Positions 14,728 to 26,583 of a stretch of DNA of 64,000 nucleotides are shown here, in pieces. This DNA is from an uncultured Planctomycetota bacterium (GTDB lineage: Bacteria > Planctomycetota > Planctomycetia > Isosphaerales > Isosphaeraceae). A model generated the notes under the pieces. The model worked only from the letters and a program-made list of their open reading frames with translations, did no database searches and was not told the DNA's origin. Within the stretch, counting starts at the first letter, position 1. Each line of letters starts with the position of its first letter. A program made the translations under genes and the position numbers. The DNA lies in the NCBI GenBank assembly GCA_963845755.1, contig CAWJTV010000025.1, forward strand, positions 128,001 through 192,000. Direction: 5' to 3'.

Positions 14728-17700
14728 GACGGCTCCTCGGACTGGGCCAGCAAAGTGGCCATTTCGTAGTTCACGCTCGTCACCCCGAAGTCCGGCTCGC
14801 GCTGGAAGGGTTGACGGATGTAGTGGACCCGATGCGAATCGCCGTCGAGGAATTCCACGATCGCCAGGATGAAGTCGTCGGGCTTGTTGAAGGAGTAGAG
14901 GATCTCGTTTCGCGTCACGGTGATCGTATCCGCACCGGTGACACGACCCTTCACCTCGATGAAGCGCAGCTTGCCAGTCCCGACGACGCGGCTCTCGATG
15001 TCGTAGCCGAGCTTCTCGAATTCGCGGTCGATCGGCTCGAAGCCGAGATTGCGTTCGATTCCCATGACGATGGCCCGTGCCCGTGCGGCGCTGGCCTGGG
15101 TATCCACGGGGGCTGTCGGCACCGAGGGCGTTCGCCCGGCCATGATCGCGAGCAGGCCCGCGGGCACCACCAGCATCCCGCCGAGCACCACCGGCGGCAG
15201 CGGCGAGATCTGCGCTTCGAGCTTCAGGTCGTCCAGCCGCTTTTGGAGCCGGGCCTGAAGGTTATCGGCACGTTTGCGGGCCTCGGCCGAGTTGAGCTTC
15301 GCGTTAGGCTTACCGGCCTGTTCCTGCAATTTGAGCTGCTCGGCCCGGTGGTCCCAGTAGGTGATCTCCTTGGTGAGCCGGTCCTTCACCGCGACCTCGG
15401 TCCTGGCGATGAGCTTGAGCTTGGCGTCCCGCACCTCCTTGAGATGTTCCGGCACGACATGGACCACGGCATAGCCCTCGGCCTTCCGCTCGATCTCGCG
15501 GTTGATCCATGCGCACTCGGGTCGATCCAGGATCGCCGCGACACCGGACTCGCCCGCAGCCAAAGGCCGGTAGTCGAGGTAGGGCGCGTAGTGGACGTGG
15601 CGGGTCGTCCCCTCGCCGTCGAGCTCGACATAGAGCATGCGCTTGGAAACGACGCGACGTTCGCCCGAGCGAGTGAGGCTGGCGTCCTGGATCGCGTGCT
15701 CGATGTAGAACAGCACGCGTGGTCGAATCCCCGGGTCGCGCTCGTCCACCAGAACAGTGCCGCGCTTGAGCAGGTCGCGGTGGCGTTCGAGGGTGAGGTC
15801 GATGACCGAGTCGAGCAGCGGGTGGCCCGGGCACACGAAGGCGGCGAGCGGCTGGCCGTGCGGCGCCACAAGGTCCTTCTCGAACGCGATCCGCTCGTAG
15901 CGCGGCAGCACCGGCTCGCCGATGCCAATCAGGCGGTCGCGGTTGCGAACGGGGGCCGGGACGTGGGTGACCTCATATCGGCGCGGCTCTCGCTGTCGGG
16001 CCGAGCCGCCCAGCAGACGGAACGCCTCATGGAAGAAGGACTCGATGTAAAACGGCTGCAAGCGGCGGGCCTCGGCCCGTTCCATCTCCTCGCGGATGCG
16101 GTAGACCCGGCTGGCGTCCATTGCGTCGTGGGCGAGCGACCGTTCCTCCAGCAGGTCCCGGAGCTGGCCGCGATCGAGCGCGTTTTCGAGCACGGTCTTC
16201 AGCTTGGCTCGCACCTCGGGCTGGTCGCCGTAGCGGATCGCCTCGATCAGCAGCTCGCGCAGGGATCGCCCCGCGAACTGGAGCTTGCCGAGCACGTCGA
16301 ACACCTGGCCGCCCAGCGCCTTGCGCGACTCTTCGAGCTTGTCCAGCAGCTTGTGATACACGTCGCCTTCGCGCGTCTCGTCCGCGACCAGGTTCCACAG
16401 GTGACAGACCTCGGTCTGGCCGATGCGGTGGATGCGACCGAACCGCTGCTCGAGTCGGTTGGGATTCCACGGTAGGTCGAAGTTGACCATCAGGTGGGCC
16501 CGCTGGAGGTTGATGCCCTCACCCGCGGCGTCCGTGGCCAGCAGCACCCGCACCTCGGGGTCGTGCTTGAACGACTCCTGCGCCTTCACCCGCTCCTCGC
16601 GGCCCATGCCGCCGTGGATCATGACCACGGATTCCTCGCGGCCCAGCAGGGTCGTGATGCGAGATTCGAGGTAGTTCAGCGTGTCGCGGTGCTCGGTGAA
16701 GATCACGAGCTTCTGGTTCGGCGAAGGCTTCGGAGGTGGGACCGTGCCCGCGCGCTTTGAGACGGCTCGCACCGACCCACGATCCGCGCCGCCGACGGTG
16801 AATATCTCGCCGATGAGGCTCGCCAGCTCGCGCCATTTGGTGTCCATGCCGCTGTGTCGAACAGCCAGGGCCAGCGACTCCAGGCCCTTCAACGTCTCGA
16901 TCTCGATCTTCAGCTCGGTGATGGATCGCGCCGCGGTTGCCTGATCGAGGATCTCCTCTTCGGCCACCGCGACTTCATTGTCCGGCGCATCTTCGAGATC
17001 CTCGACATCCTCGGCGTCGAGCGCGGGGATCGCCAGCGAGAGCACCGGCGCGGTCTGGCCCCCGCGCTGGAGCACCTCCAGTTCGCGTAACCGGCTCTCG
17101 AGTCGCTCGCGACGGCGACGCAACGACTGGTAAATCGCCTCGGGCGAGGAGGCGAGCCGGCGCTGAAGGATGGTGAGCGCGAAGCCGACGGTGCCGGCCC
17201 GCTTGTCGTTCTCCAGCGCCTCGGCGCGGTTGAACTCCTCGCGGACATATTCCGTGACCGCCTTGTAGAGTCGGGCCTCGGGCTCCGAGAGCTGGTAAGG
17301 GACGGTGTAGGCAATTCGCTCCGGGAACAGCGGCGTACCGTCGAACTTGAGCAGATTCTCCTTCACCATGCGGCGCATCAGGTCCGAGACATCGGCCACG
17401 TGGACGCCGTCGCGGAAGCGGCCCTCGAACCGGTCACCGTCGAGCAGCGCCATGAAGAGCTGAAAGTCCGCCTCCTTGCCGTTGTGCGGCGTCGCCGTCA
17501 TCAGCAGGAAGTGCCGCGTCAGGGTCGAGAGGAGCTGCCCGAGCCGGTAGCGCTTGGTGTATTTGATCTCGCCGCCGAACACCGTGGCCGACATCTTGTG
17601 GGCCTCGTCGCAGACCACGAGGTCCCAGCGGCCGTCGGGGGCCTGGAGCTTATTCTGGACGCCCTCATTGCGCGAGAGCTTGTCGAGACGGGCAATGACC

Positions 17701-18301
17701 AGGTTGGTCTCCTGGAACCAGTTGCCGGTGCGGGCGGCCTCGAGCTTGTCGTTGGTGAGGATTTCGAAGGGCAGGTGGAAGCGGCGATAGAGCTCGTCTT
17801 GCCACTGTTCGGCCAGGCTGCCGGGGCACACGATCAAACATCGCTGTAGATCGCCCCGGGCGATCAACTCCTTGATGAGCAAGCCCGCCATGATCGTCTT
17901 GCCGGAGCCCGGGTCGTCCGCGAGCAGGAAGCGCAGCGGCTGGCGCGGCAGCATGGACTCGTAGACGGCCGTGATCTGGTGCGGCAACGGGTCAACGACG
18001 GAGGTGTGGACCGCCAGCACCGGGTCGAACAGGTGAGCGAGACGGATCCGTTGCGCCTCGGAGACGAGACGGAACAACGCGCCGTCGCCGTCGAAGCCCC
18101 ACGGCCGGCCTTGCTCGACCAGTTCGAGTCGAGGTTCGTCGTGACGGTAGAGTAGCTCGTTCGCCACCTTCCCCGAGGGTGTCTTATAAGTGAGTTCGAG
18201 CCCTCGGAGCCGAACCACTGGACACTGACGACCGTGACAAGGGCGTCGGGCAGGATGCCCCGTACGGCTGCGTTGGGTTGAACGTCTTCGAGCTTGATCA
18301 T
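14724..18301 (-). CDS. SNF2-family helicase with C-terminal DUF3883 nuclease-like domain (frameshift ~18200)
   Basis: LADDPGSGKT, DEAH, TATPHNG, TDAAGEGINLQ, WNPNRLEQRFGRIHRIGQ and GYDIES..FIEVKGR. The true N-terminus MIKLEDVQPNA is in the neighbouring frame. Confidence 0.88.
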
Positions 18302-19193
18302 GCGGCAAGACCTATGGCTGTTACTTTGCTCGAATCACACAGGTCGTATTGCTGGGCGCGGCGATTCCGGCGGCCAAAAGCTTCTCTTCAAAACCGAGAT
18401 TGGCGCCGTTGCCGGATTTGTTTTTCTGCGCTCAGGAATTCTTGGGAGGATCCATGGCAGGGCTGCCTTATTTTTGGGTTAGCAGAATCCGCCCATTATG
18501 CATGGCGACATCGAGCGATGCCATAGCCCATCGCCCATCGGCACTCGATTCCGCACTCCGCTTTAGGAGGACCGCACGCGCCTCAAGACGGTCGCACGAG
18601 GGTCGGGCTGTTCCTCGTCCCCGACACCTGAACCCCTCTCCGGAATTTCACGAGTTGAGTTGCCGAATTCGAAAAAGTGTCCGAGAGTAAAGGATGTCGG
18701 GACTTCCCAATGGCGTTCGGGGTGCGCAGGAGAGAACGGGAGGGTGGGGCATGAGACACAGCGAGTCGGGAAATGTGTGTCGGACGCCTCGAAACGGCCA
18801 CTACGTTTTCGACAAAACGAACCGAGCCGTTCCGTCCGTCGGACCCGAAAACGAGGAAACGAAGCCATCGGCGGCGGTCTTCGGAGAGGATTTCGACGAA
18901 AACGAAGCCAACTCGGCGGTCTCCGCAGAGGATCTCAATAAAACGAAGCCAAAACTGGGTGATCTGGGAAAAGATTGTCAATTGTATCGAATAGAGGGTG
19001 AAATGCGGATCGCAGGGCATCCGAGGTTGGGCGATACGATGCCTCTTCATGGCGACATCGCCGGAAATCCACCCGGCGCGGACGTGCCGACCGGCCCAGG
19101 TTATTGATCGTCGCGTTCGCTTGACGGCCGCTGTCCCGGGTCGGAAGATGCAGCTCTTCCGACACGAATCGGCCTGATCAGGGGAGTCGAACC

Positions 19194-22100
19194 ATGGCTC
19201 GAAGAACCGGCATCCTCGTCCTGGCCACCGGCATCGGCTTCACGATGGCCTGCGCCGCCACGCTCGTTGCCGACGAGCCCCCGGGTCCGGCGGCCGTCGA
19301 CCGGCGCGGGGTCAACCTGATCTTCGCCGGCAAGCTCGGCCCGGACGACCCCAAGCACCGAGAGGGATTCCAGGCGTTCCGGCTCCGTTTCGGCCGCGGC
19401 GATTGGGCCGGGACAACGATGCAGGTGACCTCGGTCTGGGGGGATGCGGAGGGCAAGGACCTGTGGGGATGGGCCGGCGGATCGCCGGCCGAGTGGTCCC
19501 CGGTCTTCCACGACGATCAGGGGGACTATTTCGTCCTTTACCTGGATCCGGGCGGGACCTCGCATAAGGTCGTGGCCCTCTTCCGGTACCTCCTCAAGGA
19601 CGGGACGTTCGGGGTGGCCGCCGCATCGTTCCCGTTCCAGGGCGAGTCGAAGCAAGGTGCCGAAAATGCCGTGAAGGGCAAGCCGGCCACGCCCGCGGTC
19701 GAGCAACGAGGGGTGGCCCTCTCGTTCGACGGGAAGCTCGGCCCGGACGACCCCAGGTATCGCAAGGATTTCGAGGCGTTTCGGCTGCGTTTCGGGCCCG
19801 GCGACTGGGCCGGGACGGCAATGCAGGTGACCTCGGCCTGGGGCGACAACGAGGGCAGGGACTTGTGGGGATGGATCGACGGATCGCCCGCCGAGTGGTC
19901 CCCGACCTTCCGCGACGACCGGGGAGACTATTTCATCCTGTACCTGCATGCCGCCGGGGCGTCCCACCGGGTGATCGCGGCCTTCCGGTATCTCCTCAAG
20001 GACGGGACGCCGGGAGTGGCCAAGGCGTCGTTACCGTACCATGGCGAGCCGAAGACGGATGCGGGGACGATCGCCTCGACAACGCCCAGGCCCGAGAAGG
20101 ATCTGGCCCGCAGCCGATTGACCGTGATTCCCGCCGGAGCGGACGCAGGGGCCAGGGCGGTGGTTGCGCTGGCGAGGCCGACGAGCGAGGCCGACGTCGA
20201 TGAAGAAGGTGGTCGGTTCCAGCCGCTCATGCCGCGCGAGTTGATCCGCCAGGCCCTCTTGATCGCCGCCCGCGACGAGCTGGGGTTGGGGACGCGCGAC
20301 GAGGTCATCGGCAACGCGCCGTCGGAGAAGCCGGGTCGCACGGCCGCCGAGGTCGCCTCGGTCTTCCGGGTTCAGCCGGGCGCGAGTCGGGTGCTGATTC
20401 GCCGCGGCGAGGGCGCCAAGGTCGAGGCGATCCTGAACCGGGACCTGCCGGGCTCGGCCGGCCAGTTCGGCTACCTGCCGAAGCTGACCGTCCTGGCCGA
20501 GAGCCTGTCCCGCAGCGAGTTCCCCGCCGCCCTGAAGGCGATCGGCCTGAGCGGGAAGCCCAATCCGTTGCGCGACGGCGCCCCCGCGCCGGCGAAGGTC
20601 GATGACCGGCTGAGACAGCTCGGGTTCGTCGAGCACCTGACGGCCATCCGCGACCTGCACGAGGCGATCCGGACAGACGGCGAATCCTCGACGCGACTGG
20701 GGGCGCTGGCCCGGGGATACGCGCAGCTCGGCGTGCTGAGCGAGTTCCACTGGCACCCGGCGCACAAGGCTTTCAAGGCCCGGGCGCTGCTCTATGCCCA
20801 GCGGCTGGCGGCGCGCGATCCGGCCTCGCCGTGGGGGCTGTGGAATCGCGCCTTCGTCCTGGCGATGGTCGGGCTCCCCCGCGACGCCCAGGCCGACCTC
20901 GACGAGGCCCGGAAGCGCGCCGATGCGCGGACGCCTCGAGCGACGGCCCCGGACTGGGTGAGGTTGATCGCGGCCTACGTGGCCCGCGATGCCGAGCGGC
21001 TGCGGCTCGAGAACGGGCCGCACCGGATGCTCGCGGCCTTGCTCCGCATGATGGTCTTCGAGTATCCGACCTGGACCGCCGTGGCCCTCCAGTCGGCCAG
21101 GGACGTCGTCGCGCTCGACCCGGAGTGCTACCGGGCTCACGAGCTGATGTGCCAGATCGGCGGGGTCTCCAACCTGCACGTCGCGACCGAGCTGGGGCCG
21201 GAGACGCTCGCCCGCCTCTTGCCGGAGAAGCTCGATGCGGTGCCCTCGCTGCCCAGGGGCGTCCGCCAGGCCCTCGCCCGGGGTGCCGGCGATGCGGGAT
21301 GGCTCGGAGCCCTCGATCGCGCCGGCCGGCCGCCCGGCGATGCCGGCGAACCGTCGTGGGGCGTCCTGGCCCATCTGGTCCGCGAGACCCGGTTCGTCCA
21401 GGTCTACCGACGCCTGGACTTCCTCCGCCTCCGGCTCTCGGTGCCGGCCGACGACTTCTGGGAGCAGGCCCGGCCGGACGTCGCCGGCCATCGCTATCGC
21501 CGGTTCCTCGAGACCTTCGCACAGTCGCCGCTGGACAACGTCCGGACCCTCACGGAGCTGCTTGGTCAACTCGATCCCACCGACCTGGAATGTCCGGCGG
21601 TCCCACTCATCAATGAACTCTTACGGTTAAACCCGACCAAGGGGCAGCGGATCTGGATGTCCACCATGAGCCATTGCGACGCGGTCGTCCGCGATGTCTC
21701 GCAGTTGATCGAGGCGGCGCAAACGCAGGGAGAGGTCGTCAAGCACGCCCGGGCCCTGCTGGAGATCAGCCCGCGCTCGGCCTTCGCCATGCTCGAGCTG
21801 GTCTACTTCGATTGGGACGCGACCAGGGATCGCGTGCCGGCCTGGCTGAAGCTCGTCGGCGAGGCGCCGCCCCTCCTGTGGGCCCTGGGAAAGAAGTACT
21901 CCGACCTGAAGCGGTACGACGAGGCGGAAGGATACCTCAGGCGGTTTATCCAGCAGTCGCCCGATTCCGCGGCCTTCGAGCTGCTCGCCGCCAGTTACAA
22001 GGCGGTCGGCGATCGGAAGCGCTGGAAGGAAACGCTCGACGAGTTCCTGGACAAGGTCGAAGACCACGGGCTGGACCATGCCCGGGTGCGGGTGAAGATC

Positions 22101-22904
22101 GCCGACGACTTCATGGAGCACCAGCAGTGGGCGGAGGCGCGGCCGTACGCCGAGGCGGCGGCGGAGACCTGGGCCCAGTGGGCGATGATGTGCGCCGCGC
22201 GTTGCAACGAGGGGCTGAAGGATTGGGATCGCGCGGAGCTCTGGATCCGAAGGACCGACCAGCGCTACCCCGACCCGAGCGGGACCGACTGGTACCGATT
22301 CTGCAAGCGTACGGGACACGGAGACTTCGAGGCGGCCCGCACCTCGACCGAGGCGCGCCTCGACGCGGTCCGGGGCCGTCCCGACCTCGCCGACCCGCGC
22401 AGCGTGGCCTATTTCTACTGGTCGATCCGCGCGCTCGAGAAAGCCCGGGACGCCTTGAATCAAGCGGCGGCCAGGGACCCGCTCGATTCCGCACTGGTCC
22501 TGAATCTGGCGCTCGTCTCCGACGAACTCGGCGACAAGACCCGTCGCGACGAGAACCTCGAATGGCTCTGGACCAAGCACCGAGGCCAGGCGCCCCGGAT
22601 CAACCAGGTCTGCCGAGTCCTCCGCAAGTGGCTGGCCGAAGGAGGTAAGGGCGAGCCGGACCTCGCGTCCGTGAACGCAACGATCGAGGGGACCGATCCC
22701 GATCGTCGCGGCGACCTGGAATACTTCGTCGGCCGGCTCCTCATGGGCCACGGCAAGCCCGAGCTGGGCCGCCCCTACCTCCAGCGAGTGAGCGACTCTC
22801 CGACCGCGAACGAGTGGCTCCGGATCATCGCCGCCGACGCCATCCGCCCGCCCGGCGCGGCTCCCGAACAGGGCCTCCCGAAGAAGCCGGCCGCCGCGCT
22901 CCGA
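19194..22904 (+). CDS. Large secreted protein: two tandem copies of an unknown ~120-aa domain followed by a TPR-like helical region (real 3' end probably ~22900)
   Basis: Signal peptide, internal duplication with 134-aa period, TPR-like segments (ALGKKYSDLKRYDEAEGYLRR). Protein-like composition stops at about aa 1235. Confidence 0.7.
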
Positions 22905-22973
22905 TTACCCGCAGGACCGCACGTGGTCCGCGGCACGGCGGCGATGCGGCGATCGCCGCTGTTGTCGCGGGCC

Positions 22974-23360
22974 CTACTTCTGGCGGATGCCGATTCCCAT
23001 GACCTCGGGCATTTTTCCCAGCAGATCCGGCTGCTGGGGGAAGTGCTCGACGAACAGACGACCGTCCTTGCCCATCGTCAGCCGCTCGACTCGCGCATCG
23101 CCCGCGAAGAGGAGCAGGAGCGCCTCGGACTTGCGAACGACCCGGCCCTTCATCTTCTCTCGCTCGAACGACACGAGGCCCTGCCGATCGATGGAGTAGA
23201 GCCGGTCCGAGCCGTTCGTGTAACTGATCTGCCACTCGCCCGCCAGCTCGGCGATGGCCTTGTCCTTCGCTTCCTGGGCCGGAACGGTCAATACGGTCGC
23301 CGTTGCGAGGACCCCGAACGCGAGGATGGTCCGTGCATACACACGAGCGTTGCGCCTCAT
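22974..23360 (-). CDS. Small secreted hypothetical protein (beta-barrel-like LAGEW start)
   Basis: MRRNARVY...VPAQE signal peptide, GGAGG RBS, 128 aa. Confidence 0.65.
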   Translation of the reverse strand: MRRNARVYARTILAFGVLATATVLTVPAQEAKDKAIAELAGEWQISYTNGSDRLYSIDRQGLVSFEREKMKGRVVRKSEALLLLFAGDARVERLTMGKDGRLFVEHFPQQPDLLGKMPEVMGIGIRQK

Positions 23361-23789
23361 GATGCCTCCCCTGGTGGATCGGCCGTACCGGACGCGGCAG
23401 TCCTTGTCCGGAGTGCCATGGAGTATGCGGCCGGGCAGCCGGCTGACTCGGCCCTGATGACCCGGCGGCTCCCGTTGGTCGGTCTCGCACGGGATCATTT
23501 GGATCGCGTCAATCAAGAAGTAAAATTAGTTTCACATTCTAATGCTTCGCTCTGCCTCCGGATGCCCAGGGACCACGGGGCAGGGATATTGAACCAGGAT
23601 TGGGTTCACACAGACAATGCATTCCCGTGTTTTTCCCCTGCCGAGGCCGGGCGGGGAGAGATCGCCGTGAACCCAATTCTGATCGCGGCGCGTCTGCCTC
23701 GTCCGAGGCGAAACCGAGAGTTTGGCTCACCCGTCAGGACCAGAACCGGACGCGGAGATCCGTTGTGCGGATTCCGGATCGTGCGACGA

Positions 23790-24998
23790 TTACTTTCCGA
23801 ACAGCTCCAAGTCGACCACACCGGCCATCATTTTGTACCCTTCGGGTCCCGGGTGCAGATGGTCGCCGCCGTCCGCCGTGGCGGAGAGGCGCGACGGTTT
23901 CTGGGAGTCGCGGGTCGCCGCGTCGAAATCGATGACCGCGTCGAAGCGGCCCGACCTGCGGACCCAGGCGTTGACCTCCTGGCGTGCGGCCTCGAGCTCG
24001 GGGTTGAAATAGAACGAGCCCTCGCAGGGCAGGATCGTCGCCCCGTACACCTTGATCCCCCGGGCGTGGGTGCGCCGGATGATCTGCTCGTAGGCTCCGA
24101 TCAGGTCGCGGGCCGTCGCCGAGCGCGTCCCCAGGTCGTTGATCCCCTCCAGGACGATCAACCAGCGCAGGCCCGGCTGCGCCAGGACATCGCGATCCAG
24201 TCGTGCCAGGGCATTCGGCCCCAGGCCGTCGTTCAGGACGCGGTTGCCGCCGAGACCCTGGTTCAGGACCCCAACGAGGGCGGTCCCTTCGCCCTCGTGC
24301 AAGCGGCGGGCGAGGTGGTCGGTCCAGCGGCCGTTGCCGTCCGTCGGCGAGCCTCGGCCATCGGTGATCGAGTCGCCCAGCACCGCCACGGCGGCAGCCT
24401 GGGCGGCGGGGGCGTCCACGTCGACCCCGCACAGGTAGTACCAGTGCGGGGTGCGAGCCGCGCGCGGCAGATCGGGCTCCGCGACCGCGTCGCCGGCCTG
24501 CAGATACGAGGTGCACCGCGCTCCCGGGTGACCGGTGACCGCGTCCGCGCGGTCCTTGAGGCGGACCGTCACCGCCAGGTCGGAGAGCGGGGCCAGCTCG
24601 AACTCGACCGGGTCCGAGACCATCGGCGCCCCCTGGGGGATCGTTACCGAAGACCGTCCGCCGAACGCGAGGGGCTTGCCGCTCTCGGTCCGGATCGCGG
24701 CCCCACCGGCGGGCGTGGCCGCGTGCGCCGAGAGGATCGTCAGGGGCTTCGTCCCGAAGGCATTGGAGAACCGGACTCTCAGGCGCCGCCCGCCCATCGA
24801 GACGTGGACGACCTGTCGGAGCGTGGTGTCGGCAAGGCCCGGCGCGGGCGGCATGTTGGCCGGCTCGGTCCGCTGGGGCGAGGCTGCCCAGGTCCCCACC
24901 CAGCGACCATCGTCGCCCCGCGCCCCGGCCCCGGTCAGGGCGACGATCGCCAGGGCCAGAAGGCCCGTTGAGAGGAGGCGAGTGATGCGGTCCGTCAT
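23790..24998 (-). CDS. Secreted SGNH/GDSL hydrolase
   Basis: WVGTWAASP, LGDSITDG, NQGLGGN, EGINDL and DHLHP. Confidence 0.9.
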   Translation of the reverse strand: MTDRITRLLSTGLLALAIVALTGAGARGDDGRWVGTWAASPQRTEPANMPPAPGLADTTLRQVVHVSMGGRRLRVRFSNAFGTKPLTILSAHAATPAGGAAIRTESGKPLAFGGRSSVTIPQGAPMVSDPVEFELAPLSDLAVTVRLKDRADAVTGHPGARCTSYLQAGDAVAEPDLPRAARTPHWYYLCGVDVDAPAAQAAAVAVLGDSITDGRGSPTDGNGRWTDHLARRLHEGEGTALVGVLNQGLGGNRVLNDGLGPNALARLDRDVLAQPGLRWLIVLEGINDLGTRSATARDLIGAYEQIIRRTHARGIKVYGATILPCEGSFYFNPELEAARQEVNAWVRRSGRFDAVIDFDAATRDSQKPSRLSATADGGDHLHPGPEGYKMMAGVVDLELFGK

Positions 24999-25014
24999 CG
25001 GTGGACTCCCGCGA

Positions 25015-26479
25015 TTACTTATCGCCCGTCCCGCTCGTCGCCGGGGCATCCTTGAGCTTGATGTAGCGGTCGGCAAAGGCGAGGAACGTCGGCCAGTTCG
25101 GGCCGGTGGTGTGGCCCCCCTTGTGCTGCCGGAAGGCGAGCTCGCCGTCGGTGATCGACGTCTCCACCTCGGGGAACTCGGACGTGCCAAGGTCCTTCTT
25201 GCCCAGCAGCCGGAAGACCGGGCCGGCCGCCACGGCCGCCAGGAAGCTGCCCCGCTGGTCGACCCACTGGCCCTCGGCTCCCGGGCCAGTCGAGGCGCCG
25301 TAGCTGATGAACGTCGGCCGCGGTGCGCACAGGGCGATCATCTCGTGGGCGTCGACGGGAAGGTCGGCCGGCGTCAAGGGGCCGCCGTACTTGATGAAGT
25401 TCCCGGCCATCCAGTGGTATTCGCCCGAGCCCGTGAGGTTCTCGACCAGCTCGCCGAAGTTGCGGCGATGGAGCTTCGCCCCGCCCTCGCCCGAGGAGCC
25501 GATGAAGCCGATCGCGAAACGCGGCTCGTACGCCATCGCGACGAGCGCCGCCTTGCCGTACCGCGAGAGCCCCTCGATGCCGACCTGCTTCGCGTCGACG
25601 GCCTTGTCCGTCTCGAAGTAGTCCAGGGCGCGGCTGCGCCCCAGGCCCAGGCGCGGAGGGAGCCCCAGTCGTCGGGCTTGCGCGGCTGCCCCTTGTTGCA
25701 CAGGCCGATGATGCCCTTGGTCAGCCCCGCGCCGTTATCGGCCTGGATGCTGTTGGGGACGATGATGGCGTAGCCCCAGCCCTTGGCGAGGACCAACGGT
25801 TGCCACGGCGGGCCGAAGAGCCCGAACCCGGCGCCCTTCGTCGCCGCCTTGGGCATCGCCTTCTTGGCCGCCGCCCCCGGCCTCGGGCCGAACCCGAAGC
25901 CGAATTCCATCATCACCGGCACCGGACCCTTGGCCTCCGCCGGCGTCGTCAGCGTGAGCTGGATGTCGACCTTGATCTCCGGGCACCGCGCATTGTCGAC
26001 GTGGCCCACCAGCCTCTTGGTGATGACCGGGATGCCGTCGACCTTCTCCTGCTTCGTCTCGGTAACTTCCCACTTCACCTCGGGTACGTCTTTGGGGACG
26101 CGGCCGTAGACCTCGCGGTCGAAGTCCTCGACGATCTCCGGCCGGCGCCTGGTCCACCACTGGTCGGCGGAGGTGACCTTTGTCCCATCCTTGCAGACGA
26201 GCGGGTCGGGGAGCGTGAACGGCTTGACCTTCGACTCGTCGTAGTTGGCAAAGTTCGGCGCACTGCGATTCATCCCTTCGGCACCCTTGCGGAGCGATTT
26301 GATCCCCAGTGCCTCCATCATCAGCTTGTGGTCCCGCTGGCTGGCCACCTGGATGGGGTTCGGGTTGGCCGACTTCGCGACTTGCCCGACTTCGCGGGCT
26401 TCGCGTCCTGCGCGAAGGCGGGCACGGCGAGCATGAGCATGAACATGAACAGAAGACTCGCGAGGATGGCTCTTGGCAT
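25015..26479 (-). CDS. CE15-like glucuronoyl esterase/acetylxylan esterase (frameshifts ~26390, ~25635)
   Basis: ANYDESK, LPDPL, WGSLRAWAWG, GLSRYGKAA nucleophile motif and HKGGH. Confidence 0.8.
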
Positions 26480-26583
26480 CGGAGGAGTCCCGGGACAGAA
26501 AGTGGAGGAACGTGAACAACGCTGGAGCATACACGAATCGCAGGCGAAATGCTCGACCCTGCAGCGTTGCGTGCCCACGGGCG

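Noticed and set aside
18857..18951. AAACGAAGCCA repeats as a mini-CRISPR
   Set aside because: The repeat is too short, the spacers are mutually similar and the period is irregular.
19194..24971. A genuine 1925-aa protein
   Set aside because: The last ~690 aa are antisense to two well-supported genes and lack protein-like character.
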